Position numbers and translations under genes: made by a program. The notes under the pieces are model-generated. The model saw nothing but the letters and a program-made list of their open reading frames with translations, was not told where the DNA came from and searched no databases. Positions 19,662 to 29,800 of a stretch of 64,000 bases of DNA are shown one piece after another; position 1 is the first letter of the stretch; the number at the start of each line of letters is the position of its first letter. The DNA comes from Candidatus Lindowbacteria bacterium RIFCSPLOWO2_12_FULL_62_27 (GTDB lineage: Bacteria > Lindowbacteria > 2-12-FULL-62-27). Where the stretch lies: positions 62,001 to 126,000 of the forward strand of contig MFPR01000001.1 in the NCBI GenBank assembly GCA_001784175.1. The letters run 5' to 3'.

Positions 19662-20503
19662 GAGTGCTGGTGATCGACGACGATCTGCACATTCAGCGGA
19701 TCGTGGAGGACCGGTTGAAGGCGGAGAATTTTGAAATCCTGAAAGCCTCGGATGGAATCGAGGGCCTGCGGATGGTCTATGATTTCCATCCCGACGTCGT
19801 CCTCCTCGACATCATGATGCCCACCATCGACGGCACGGCCGTCCTTCACTGCATCAAGAAAGACGACAAGATCAAGAACATCCCCATCATCATGATGACC
19901 GCCAAACGCGAACGCGCCGACGTCATGCAGGCCGCCGCCGCCGGCGCCGCCGAATACATCGTCAAGCCGATCGATTTCAGGCAAATGGTCAAGAAAATCT
20001 ATGAGGTGACGCACGCCGCGCCGCCCAAACCCAGGGAAAAGGCCGGACCGCTCAACATCAAGGCCATGGCAACCGACCTCGCCAATCTCTCTTTCGAAAT
20101 GGAGGCCATCGCCGCATCCGCCGGCATCAAGGTCGAGCGACCCCTGCCGGAGACGAAGGGCAGCGGACTGAACATCAAGGTCGACACCGCCCCCGGCGGC
20201 GTGGCGTGCCTGCAATTCGGCGGCGCGCTTCACACAGAGGACGCGGATTCGATCCGCAGCGAGTTGACACGGCTCATTGCCGCCAACGTCTCCAAATTCG
20301 TGGTCGACATCAGCGACATCCAGAGCCTGGACCTCACCGAGGTCATGATCCTCAAGGACGTGATGAACCTCATCTCCCGCAACCAGTACGCCGCCCGGCT
20401 GGTCGAAACCGACGGCAAGCGCCGCCGGTTCCTCCGCCAGTGCAACCTGCATCTCGAGTATACCCTCTTTGACAGCCGCGACGAGGCCCTCCGCTCCTTT
20501 TAG
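19658..20503 (+). CDS. Response regulator with C-terminal STAS-like domain
   Basis: VIDDD, LLDIMMP, KP; C-terminal FGGAL...FVVDISDIQSLD...FDSRDEAL. Confidence 0.8.
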   Translation: MRVLVIDDDLHIQRIVEDRLKAENFEILKASDGIEGLRMVYDFHPDVVLLDIMMPTIDGTAVLHCIKKDDKIKNIPIIMMTAKRERADVMQAAAAGAAEYIVKPIDFRQMVKKIYEVTHAAPPKPREKAGPLNIKAMATDLANLSFEMEAIAASAGIKVERPLPETKGSGLNIKVDTAPGGVACLQFGGALHTEDADSIRSELTRLIAANVSKFVVDISDIQSLDLTEVMILKDVMNLISRNQYAARLVETDGKRRRFLRQCNLHLEYTLFDSRDEALRSF

Positions 20504-20596
20504 ACCGCCGGCGCCTCTCCATATTATATATATGGACTTTTCCGGCCCCCTGTGGTATGGAAAATGGCTTAATTTCCAGAACAAGGAGGAACGCGA

Positions 20597-21475
20597 ATGG
20601 CCCGAATCGTAAGAGGCGGCTTGATCCAGGCCCGGGTGCCCATCCAGGCCGATGAGGGGTCGCCGGAAAAAATCAAGAAAGCCATGATTGAAAAGCACGT
20701 CAAGTTGATCGAACAGGCCGCCAAGCGGCGGGTCCAGATCCTGTGCCTGCAGGAATTGTTTTACGGCCCCTATTTTTGCGCCGAGCAGGACATCAAGTGG
20801 TACAACATCACCGAACCGGTTCCGAACGGCCCCACCACCCAGCTCATGCAGAAGCTCGCCAAGAAACATTCGATGGTCATCGTCGCCCCGCTCTACGAGG
20901 AGGCCATGACCGGCGTCTACTACAACACCGCCGTCGTCATCGACGCGGACGGCAAGTATCTCGGCAAGTTCCGGAAGATCCATATTCCGCACTGTCATCC
21001 GGGGTTCTGGGAGAAATTTTATTTCAAACCCGGCAACGCCGGCTGGCCGGTCTTCGAAACGGCCTACGCCAAAGTCGGCATTTTCATCTGTTACGACCGG
21101 CACTTTCCGGAATGCGCGCGCATTCTGGGCGTGAACGGCGCCGAGATCCTGTTTAACCCGTCGGCGACCGTCGCGGGCCTTTCGGAATATCTGTGGAAAC
21201 TCGAGCAGCCGGCGCAGGCGGTGGCCAACGCCGTCTTCATCGGCGCCATCAATCGCGTGGGCCGGGAGCGGCCCTGGAACATCGGCGAATTTTACGGCCA
21301 GAGCTATTTCGTGGACCCCCGCGGAAGTTTCGTGGCGAACGCCAGCCGCGACAAGGACGAGGTGCTGGTGGCGGACATGGACCTCGACAAGATCCGGGAG
21401 GTCCGCAACGTCTGGCAGTTCTACCGGGACCGCCGGCCGGAAACGTACGACGACTTTGTCAAACTGAAGCCTTAA
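20597..21475 (+). CDS. Carbon-nitrogen hydrolase, beta-ureidopropionase-like
   Basis: CLQE, RKIHIP, ICYDRHFPE triad, EKFYFKPGN, WQFYRDRRP. Confidence 0.88.
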   Translation: MARIVRGGLIQARVPIQADEGSPEKIKKAMIEKHVKLIEQAAKRRVQILCLQELFYGPYFCAEQDIKWYNITEPVPNGPTTQLMQKLAKKHSMVIVAPLYEEAMTGVYYNTAVVIDADGKYLGKFRKIHIPHCHPGFWEKFYFKPGNAGWPVFETAYAKVGIFICYDRHFPECARILGVNGAEILFNPSATVAGLSEYLWKLEQPAQAVANAVFIGAINRVGRERPWNIGEFYGQSYFVDPRGSFVANASRDKDEVLVADMDLDKIREVRNVWQFYRDRRPETYDDFVKLKP

Positions 21476-21495
21476 CCCGCAGGAGGAGAATTCAT

Positions 21496-22839
21496 ATGGC
21501 GGCGCCAACCGTTGATCAGATCAAGAAAATGCGGGAGGAGTATCTCCTCCCGTCGACCATGACCTACTTTGAGCGGCCGGTCAACATCGTCCGCGGGCAG
21601 ATGCAGTACGTGTACGACGACCAGGGCAGGAAGTACATGGACGCCTTCAGCGCCGTCGTGACCATCAGCGTCGGCCACTGCCATCCCGATGTTGTATCCA
21701 AAATCCAGAGGCAGGTCGGCCAGCTCCAGCATATGACCACGCTTTACTATCATCCCAACATTGTGCAGTACGCGAAGAAAATGCACGAGATGGCCGGCGG
21801 CGGCGACCTCAAGGTCAGCTTCTTCACCAATTCCGGCTGCGAGGCCAATGAACTGGCGGCCATACTCGCCAAGAACCACACCAAGCAGCAGGAATTCATC
21901 GCCCTCCGCCATTCCTTTCACGGCCGCACCCTCATGGCCATGACCCTGACCGGCCAGTCCTCCTGGCGCCACTCCATGCCCTACGTCTTCGGCGTGACCC
22001 ACGCGCCCAACGCCTACTGCTATCGCTGTCCGCTCAAGCTCAAGTACCCGTCGTGCGGCGTCGCCTGCGCCACGCAGGTCGAGGACATCATCAAGTACAA
22101 CACGTCCGGCCGCATCGCCGGATTCATCGCTGAGCCCATCGCCGGATTCGGCGGCGTCATCCATCCGCCCAAGGAATATTTTCCCATCATCGCCGACATC
22201 GTCAAAAAACACGGCGGCGTATACATCTCCGACGAGGTCCAGACCGGATTCGGCAGAACCGGGAAACACTTTTTCGGCATCAGCCACTGGGGCGTCAAGC
22301 CCGACATCGTGACGATGGCCAAAGGCATCGGCAACGGCGTGCCCCTCGGCGGCATCATCACCACGCGGGCCATCGCCGAGTCGATGCGCGGCAAGGTCCA
22401 TTTCAACACGTATGGCGGCAACCCCGTTTCGATGGCCGCCGGACTGGCCGTCCTCGAGGTCATCGAGCGGTACAACATGGTCCGCAACGCCGACTCGGTC
22501 GGGACCTACCTCAAGTCCCGGCTGCTCTCGATTTCAAACCGCCACCCTGTGATCGGCGATGTGCGCGGGCTGGGACTCATGCTGGGCGTGGAACTCGTGA
22601 AAAACCGGAAGACCAAGGAAGTCGCCCCGAAGGAAACTTTGCGGCTCATGGAGCTGTGCAAGGACCGGGGTCTTTTGATCGGCAAGGGCGGGATGGCCGG
22701 CAACGTCGTCCGGATCAAACCTCCGATGTGCGTCACGCGGAGAGACGCCGACTTCATCGTCGGCGTCCTGGACGAGTCTCTCGGCGTCATGGAAAAGGAA
22801 TTTCGGATCCGACGCCCCGCCGCTTCGCGAAAACGATAA
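21496..22839 (+). CDS. Class III PLP aminotransferase (AGXT2/beta-alanine aminotransferase-like)
   Basis: NSGCEANE, SDEVQTGFGRTG, MAKGIGNG, HFNTYGGNP; SD AGGAGG. Confidence 0.9.
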   Translation: MAAPTVDQIKKMREEYLLPSTMTYFERPVNIVRGQMQYVYDDQGRKYMDAFSAVVTISVGHCHPDVVSKIQRQVGQLQHMTTLYYHPNIVQYAKKMHEMAGGGDLKVSFFTNSGCEANELAAILAKNHTKQQEFIALRHSFHGRTLMAMTLTGQSSWRHSMPYVFGVTHAPNAYCYRCPLKLKYPSCGVACATQVEDIIKYNTSGRIAGFIAEPIAGFGGVIHPPKEYFPIIADIVKKHGGVYISDEVQTGFGRTGKHFFGISHWGVKPDIVTMAKGIGNGVPLGGIITTRAIAESMRGKVHFNTYGGNPVSMAAGLAVLEVIERYNMVRNADSVGTYLKSRLLSISNRHPVIGDVRGLGLMLGVELVKNRKTKEVAPKETLRLMELCKDRGLLIGKGGMAGNVVRIKPPMCVTRRDADFIVGVLDESLGVMEKEFRIRRPAASRKR

Positions 22840-23351
22840 ACCGGAGTCTCCCCCTGGCCTTCTGCCTCGCCCTCGCGGCTGCCGGGTGCGAGGCCGAGCC
22901 TCCATCGGGCGGTGTCGGCGCTGGCGCCCCCGCGCCGGCCACGGCCCGTGGCGCCGCATCCTCGACCGGCCACGAGCCCGCGCTTTCGGTCCGCGCGGAC
23001 GGGGCGGCCAGAAAAATGTTCCTCCAAGGTCTGCGCGCCATCCAGCGGCGTGATTACCCGGCGGCCACCGCATTCTTTCAGCAGGCGGAAGAACGCCACA
23101 GCCGGCGCTCAGGCGCGCCGGACGAATTCATCTACGGATGCCTCTATTACATCGGCCGGTGCCGTGAAGGCACACTCAGTTTCGAGGAAGCTCGCGACAT
23201 CTACGCGCATGTCCCGGCCGAAAGCGCCTACCGGCCGTGGGTGGAACTCCGCATGTCCGCCATGTCCCAGGATTCCGACGGCGACGGCTACATCGACGCA
23301 TGGGAAGACGCCGAGGGAACCAATCCGATGAACCCACTGGCGCACCCCTAG
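22836..23351 (+). CDS. Putative lipoprotein with TPR-like repeat and C-terminal DxDxDG Ca-binding motif
   Basis: Lipobox LAAAG-C; YYIGRC...EEARDIY; DSDGDGYIDAWE..GTNP; start codon unclear. Confidence 0.65.
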   Translation: MNRSLPLAFCLALAAAGCEAEPPSGGVGAGAPAPATARGAASSTGHEPALSVRADGAARKMFLQGLRAIQRRDYPAATAFFQQAEERHSRRSGAPDEFIYGCLYYIGRCREGTLSFEEARDIYAHVPAESAYRPWVELRMSAMSQDSDGDGYIDAWEDAEGTNPMNPLAHP

Positions 23352-26300
23352 ATGGCCCGGCGCCCCGCGCTCCCGGGACAGCGCGCCGCACAGATCGCGG
23401 CCCTTAAAAAGCATCTTCGCACCCTCCTCATCGGACTTGCCATCGGCGTGGTCAGTGGTGTGATGGTGATGGTCCTGGGATCCTTCGAGGAGGGATTTGT
23501 TGCGCGCACGGAACTCTTGCTCCTGGATGTCCGCTATCGAACGCGGCCCCACATTCCCGTCCATCCGGACGTCGCCCTGATCAACTACGACGACGCCTCC
23601 CTCGCGCTCTTCGGAGGCTGGCCATGGCCGCGGCACCGGCAGGTCGCGCTCGTGACCGTGCTCGATCTCTACGACGCCCGGGCTGCCGGCTACGACGTGT
23701 TTTTCTCGGAACGAAATGACATCATCGTCATGGATGAGCGGCTCCGCCAGTTTGTCCGCAGCGACGAGGTCGCCAAGGGTCGGCCGGCGCCCGAACGCGT
23801 GTCCCGTGTGCTCCGGACCGCCATCCGCGACTACGACCGCGAGTTCGAACGGGCCATCGCGAAGTCCGGGAACATCTATCTCGGATATTTTGTCCAGGAG
23901 CCCGACAAGACCGTCGCCGTCGGGGGACTTCCGGCGATCCAGAAATATGTCGAGGAAGACAAGAAATCGCCCACCTATCCCCACGAGGCCCTGGAATCGC
24001 TCGCGCCCCACACCATCGCGGCCACACCCGACTTGGAAAAACATATTTTCAAAATGAGCCGCGTCGTCCCGCCGCTGTCCTTCCATACGCGCGCGGCCCG
24101 CAGCGCGGGATTCGCGCAGATCGTCAAGGACCTCGACCACACGGTGCGGCTCTACCCCATGTTCATGTACTACGACGGCAAAATCCATCCGTCGATCGGG
24201 TGCGTCATGGTGGCCAGCGTCACCGGCGTTCCGCTCGACCGCTGGGTCATCAAGCCCGGCGAATACGTGGAACTGCCCGACGCCAAAGTCCCGGGCGAGA
24301 CCAACCCCGTCACCATCCGCATTCCCGTCAACGAAAACGGGCAGATGCTCATGAACTGGGCCGCCAAATTCGACGACGTCTTCCTCCACGTGTCCTTCCG
24401 GCTCATCTCCGAATACTATGCCTATCACACCGCCAAGGGCCTGGCGCGAAATTATCCGGCGGACCCCGCGGCCTTCGGGGCGATCTACGCGGACATCGTC
24501 AGTTCCATCGATGAGGAGCAGATGGTGACCGAAGAGGAATCCCGGCGCATCGCGGGCGAAATTGCCCTCGCGCACATCGCAACGCCCATGTTGAAAGCCG
24601 GCGCGACGCACGCCGACATCCTCTCCCGGCTCAAACTTCCCGACGGGGTCGCGGCGCCGGAGCAGGTCCTCCAGGCCGTCGACATCGCGTTGCAAAAATC
24701 CGGCGGCGCGGCCTTCGACGCCGCGTGGCAGGCCGAGATCGAGCGGAATGTGAGCTGGTTTGTGGCCAAAAATCGGTTGAACGAAGTCGAGCCTCTCTTT
24801 TTTCCGCCCGCACGCACCGCGCTCTGGCAGGGCAAACAGACGGCATTCTCTCCACTCGACCTCGAGAACAAGATTTTCATGATCGGACTCACCGGCGTCG
24901 GGACCATCGACCTCAACCCCATGCCGTTCGAAAGCGTTTCGCCCATGGTCGGCATGCACTCCAATGCGCTCAACACCATGCTGGCCCACACCTTTCTCAA
25001 GTTCCCCAAGGACTCATGGCGCTATCCGCTCGACATGGTCTTCGCGATCGTGACCGCCGTCGTCGGAGCCCTCACGTCGCCCTTCATCGGGTTTCTCGTC
25101 GTGACCCTCATCGTCGCCGGATACAGCTACGCCGTCTGGTGGGCCTTTGCCGCGCACGGCCAGTGGATCCAGTGGCTGGAGCCCGTCATGGCGATCTCGC
25201 TGACCTACATCGGCGTCGTCGTCTACCATTTCATCCAGGCCCGGCGCGAAAAGGGCAAGGTCCGGGCCATCTTCGCCGCCATGGTCTCGCCCGACGTCCT
25301 GAAATACATGGAGGAACATCCGGAAAGCTTTTCGCTCACGGGTGTCCGGAAGGCCGGCACGACCTTTTTCTCGTCCGTCGAGCGTTTCGGAAAGGTCACC
25401 GCGGGCGTCGCGCCGGACGAACTCGGGGGAATTCTCAGTTATTATCTGACGCCGACCAGCGAGATCATCATGGACTATCAGGGGTACATCGACAAGTATG
25501 AAGGCCACGTCATCATGGCCGATTTCGGCGTCCCCATCGACGACCCCGGGCACGCCTGGAAGTGCTGCTACGCCGCGATCGAGCAGCAGCAGGACATCCT
25601 GCCGTTCCAGTTTTTCGTCAAGGCGCGCTACGGCGTCGACGTCTTCGTCGCCATGGGCATCAATTCCGGTTACGTCTCGGCCGGAAACATGGGATCGGAA
25701 AAGAAAATGCAGTACACCGTCATGGGTGACGCCGTCAATATGTCGGCCCGGTTCAGGCCCGCCAACAACATCTACGACACGCGCATCATCGCCGGCGAAC
25801 CGACGCTCCCCTTCGCCGGTGACTGCCTGGAACTCCGGCTCCTCGACAAACTGCTGGCCAAGGGCAAAACCAAGCCGGCCACCATCTACGAAATCCAGGG
25901 ATGGAATCCCAAGTCCTACCTCGAACTCAAAAAGGACGCGCCCGTTCCGCCGTCCCTCTTGTCACGATGGTCCAAGTGCCCGGCGGAAAAGATATTCGGC
26001 TATCACCGGTTCTGGCAGCAGAAGGAAAAGGATTTCGCGCATCCGCTGATTCCGAAAATCCGCGAGTTCTTCGAGTCCCAGCTTGCGGTCGCCGAGGAAA
26101 TGATCAAGGTGGAGGGGCGGTCGGAAGTGCGGAAATACTGCACGGAACTCTACGGCGTCCGCGACGAGGCCGCCATCGTGCTCGGCAAGAAGGTGGACGG
26201 GATGGCGGCGCCCGGAAAACCCTGGGATGTGATTCTGGACAAATGGATTTCGACCGCGTCGGAGATCCACCGCGCGCTCGAGGAAAGCCGGCAACTGGCC

Positions 26301-26831
26301 GGGCAGAGCCCCGAGATTTACAAGGCCTACGTGTCCTCGTTTTCCCGCGCCGCGACCTTGACCAACAAGCTCGAGACCCTGAAGGCCCGGCTGGCGTTTC
26401 ATGCCGAAACGGAATCGGTGATGGAACGATTCATCGTCGACATGCACGAATCCATTGAGAAAACCGCCGAAGCCGGCGAATCAGCGCCCGCCCCGGACGG
26501 GACCGAACTCGAAACCAAACGCGCCGCCTACCGCTCCGCCGTCCAGGGCATCTACGACAGCCTGGCGGCCAAACCCGCCGAGTACCATGAGATGATGTCG
26601 CAGGTGGGCTCGGTCACCGAATCCCAGAAAAAGGCCCGTGAGATTTTCGTTGAGGGCGTGAACCTCCACTGGGAGCGAAAATGGGACGAATCGATCGAGA
26701 AGTTCCGCGCCGTGCTGGACATCATGCCGGCGGATGGCCCGTCCAAATCCTACATCGAACGCGTCCACGGATACAAAACCGACCCGCCCGGCGACAAGTG
26801 GCAGGGCGAATTCGTGCAGAAGAAGAAATAG
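23352..26831 (+). CDS. CHASE2-domain class III adenylyl cyclase subunit A (C2-like: lacks metal Asp, keeps K/T/N/R)
   Basis: CHASE2 (GGWPWPR, DVFFSE, DLDHTVR), 3 TM, cyclase core FSSVERF / DKYEGH / YTVMGDAVNMSAR, C-terminal DGPS...PP...W.G tail. Confidence 0.9.
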   Translation: MARRPALPGQRAAQIAALKKHLRTLLIGLAIGVVSGVMVMVLGSFEEGFVARTELLLLDVRYRTRPHIPVHPDVALINYDDASLALFGGWPWPRHRQVALVTVLDLYDARAAGYDVFFSERNDIIVMDERLRQFVRSDEVAKGRPAPERVSRVLRTAIRDYDREFERAIAKSGNIYLGYFVQEPDKTVAVGGLPAIQKYVEEDKKSPTYPHEALESLAPHTIAATPDLEKHIFKMSRVVPPLSFHTRAARSAGFAQIVKDLDHTVRLYPMFMYYDGKIHPSIGCVMVASVTGVPLDRWVIKPGEYVELPDAKVPGETNPVTIRIPVNENGQMLMNWAAKFDDVFLHVSFRLISEYYAYHTAKGLARNYPADPAAFGAIYADIVSSIDEEQMVTEEESRRIAGEIALAHIATPMLKAGATHADILSRLKLPDGVAAPEQVLQAVDIALQKSGGAAFDAAWQAEIERNVSWFVAKNRLNEVEPLFFPPARTALWQGKQTAFSPLDLENKIFMIGLTGVGTIDLNPMPFESVSPMVGMHSNALNTMLAHTFLKFPKDSWRYPLDMVFAIVTAVVGALTSPFIGFLVVTLIVAGYSYAVWWAFAAHGQWIQWLEPVMAISLTYIGVVVYHFIQARREKGKVRAIFAAMVSPDVLKYMEEHPESFSLTGVRKAGTTFFSSVERFGKVTAGVAPDELGGILSYYLTPTSEIIMDYQGYIDKYEGHVIMADFGVPIDDPGHAWKCCYAAIEQQQDILPFQFFVKARYGVDVFVAMGINSGYVSAGNMGSEKKMQYTVMGDAVNMSARFRPANNIYDTRIIAGEPTLPFAGDCLELRLLDKLLAKGKTKPATIYEIQGWNPKSYLELKKDAPVPPSLLSRWSKCPAEKIFGYHRFWQQKEKDFAHPLIPKIREFFESQLAVAEEMIKVEGRSEVRKYCTELYGVRDEAAIVLGKKVDGMAAPGKPWDVILDKWISTASEIHRALEESRQLAGQSPEIYKAYVSSFSRAATLTNKLETLKARLAFHAETESVMERFIVDMHESIEKTAEAGESAPAPDGTELETKRAAYRSAVQGIYDSLAAKPAEYHEMMSQVGSVTESQKKAREIFVEGVNLHWERKWDESIEKFRAVLDIMPADGPSKSYIERVHGYKTDPPGDKWQGEFVQKKK

Positions 26832-26833
26832 AG

Positions 26834-29800
26834 ATGGCCGAAAAAGAGAAGGCGCGGAAAGTTCCGCCGGTCAAGGTCGCGATCATTGGTCTTACCTGCG
26901 CCGCCGCCGTCGGCGTCCTCACTTGGCTCGGCGTCTTTCAGAAGGTCGAACTTGAGCTGAACAAGCAGCGGTACGTTCACCGGCCGGCCATCGACATCGA
27001 CACGACCATCTTCACGATCGACATCGACGATCCCTCCATCGACCAGATCGGACGCTGGCCCTGGACTTGGGACCGGCACGCCGTCATCCTCGACCTCGCG
27101 TGGCTCTACGACTCCCGCCGCGTCGCATTCGTCGAACCCTATTTCAGCGAGCCCGGCCCCATCACTGTCCAGACCCCGCAGGCCCGGCAGATCGCGCTCA
27201 GCCTCTCGCAGTTGGCCCAGGGCAAGACCGACGTGGACTACCGGACGGAGCTGGAAGGGCAGATCCCCGACTTCAACCGCCGGTTCCTCAAGGCGGTCGA
27301 GCGGTTTCCCGCCACCTTCATCGGAAACAGCTTTGCCATTCCTGAAGGCCCGGCCGCGGAGGATGTGCGGAAGATCCGGCAGATGTCCGAGTCCTACAAG
27401 GCGCATTACTCGCTCGCGAAAAAACAGGCCATCGCCTCACTCGACTCCTGTTCCATTCTCCGGCCCGATCCCGCCTCCCTCCTCGTCGCGGCGGACATCG
27501 TGCCCGTCACGGCCGACCTCTCTCGCCGCATCGCCGGCGCGGGATTCATGCGCATCATCCAGGACGTCGACGGCGTCGTCCGCCGCACGCCCCTCCTCGT
27601 CTGGTACGACGGCCGCGCGCATCCGAGCATCGCGCTCTCCATGGCCGCCGATTATTTTGGATGCCCTCTGGACAGGATTCGCATCCATCCCGGAAAATAC
27701 GTCGAGATCCCCGGCCGGGACCGCACCGTCCGCGTGCCCATCGACCGCAAGGGCAACCTGCTGATCAACTGGGCCGGAAAATATCAGGACACCTTCTTCC
27801 ATCTCCCCTACATCGTCATCGCCCACCATTACGCGCATCGGCTGGCCAAGAGATTCGTCCGGCAGTTCACCCTGGGGCTCGACAACCCGCAGGACGTCAT
27901 GCAAAAAATGGCCGAGTTCCTCACGCGCCAGCGCCTCGTCCCGGCCGAGGACGTGGAGCGTACCACGCAGGAGATCATTCTCGTGTGGCTGATGGATTTC
28001 TTCATCGACCGAAACGCCCCCTACGAGGCCTTTCTGGCCAACACCGGGATTGAGCACAGTGACGGCCTGAGGTTCTGGTGGGACCAGTTGTCCGTCAACA
28101 AGCGCACCGAGGACATGCTGCGGTCCGGCCAGGACCCCAACTACTCCGCCATTCTGGTCAGCCTCGGCCTCAAGGACACGGACATCTACCGGGACGGCGT
28201 CCGGCAGACGGCGTTTTTCTTCCGCAACGGCAAGATCAACGACGTGCGGCCCCTGATGTTCATGGAGCCGAGCACGATCGACGTGAGCGGCGTCGAGATG
28301 AAATTCAGCCCGATGGACCTCACCGGCAAAACCGTCTTTGTCGGGCTCACCGCCACCGGCCTGAACGCCTTCAACCCGATCCCCTACCAGCAGCGATACC
28401 AGATGTTCGGCATGATCCCCAACGTGTACAACACCATCGTCACAGAGCAATTCTTGCGCGCCCAGTCGCCCTGGATGCAGTACCTCTACATCATCCTCTA
28501 CGCGCTCGCCGTGACCTGGATCGTCCTCCATGTGCGGCCCCTCATGGGATTCGGCGTGACGGTCCTGACCTCGGCCGTCCACATCGGCGCGGCGTGGCTT
28601 CTCTTCATCTTCGCCGGCGTCGCCATCCCGGTCTTCGCGCCAGTCCTGACCGTCGTGATCTGTTACGTGTCGGCCATGCTGTACCGCTACGTGCAGGAGC
28701 AGCGGGAGCGGCAGAAGGTGCGGAACATGTTCGGCGCGATGGTGTCGCCAGAGGTATTGAAGATGATGGAGACGAAGGGCGTGGCGCTGACGGGCGAGAA
28801 GCACGAGGCGACGATGTTTTCCTCGGACGTGTCCGGATTCACGACCATCTCCGAGGGCGTCACCGCGCAGGAGCTGGCCGACATCCTGAACATCTACCTC
28901 ACGCCGATGAGCAACATCATCATGAACTTCGACGGCTTCGTCGACAAGTACGAGGGCGACGCCATCAAGGCCGATTACGGCATCCCCATCATCGACCCCA
29001 ACCACGCCTGGAAAGGGTGCCTCTCCGCGCTCCTTCAGCAGGAGGACCTCCGCGTCATCCAGCGGCTGCTCCTCCTCAAGTACGGCGTCAAGATCACCGC
29101 GCGGATGGGCGTCAACACCGGCGTCGTCGCCGCCGGCAACATGGGCTCCGAGAAAAAAATGCAGTACACCGTCATGGGCGAAGCCGTCACCCTCGCCGAG
29201 GAACTCGAGCCGATCAACAAACTCTACGAAAGCTGGATCGCCATCGGCCCGCTCACCTACGAGAAGGCGAGGGACTACGTCGAGGTCCGGTACTTGGACC
29301 GCGCCCTCATGGGTCCCTCCGCGCACCCGACCGAAGTGTATGAGCTCATGGGCTGGAGGCGGGAAAAGTTTCTCGAGCACTGGAACGGCAGGCCGGTCCC
29401 GCCGCTGTTCATCGAGGCCTGGCGGAAACTGACGCCGGAAAAAATTCTCGGATACATCTATTACTGGGACGAAAAAAAATTCAATGACACGCCCTTTTAC
29501 CGCGACCTCCGCGGGCTCTTTGACAAACTCGCGCCTTTGTCGATCGAAACCGTCAAGATGAACGACATCGCCGGGGTCCACTCCCTGCGGGTGGAACTCG
29601 CCGAGCTCGACAAGGCGATCCAGGCCTACGACAATCTTCTCTCCGGTATGACGCTCGACCGCATCTCGCAGTCGGAACTGGACGACTTCAAGGCCCAGGA
29701 GGCGAAGGCGGCCGAGGACTGGCTGAAAACGCTGTGGGGGTGGAAAGTCAAACTCAAACAGAACCAGTTCGCCGTTCAGTACCTGCAGGGCAAAATCCCG

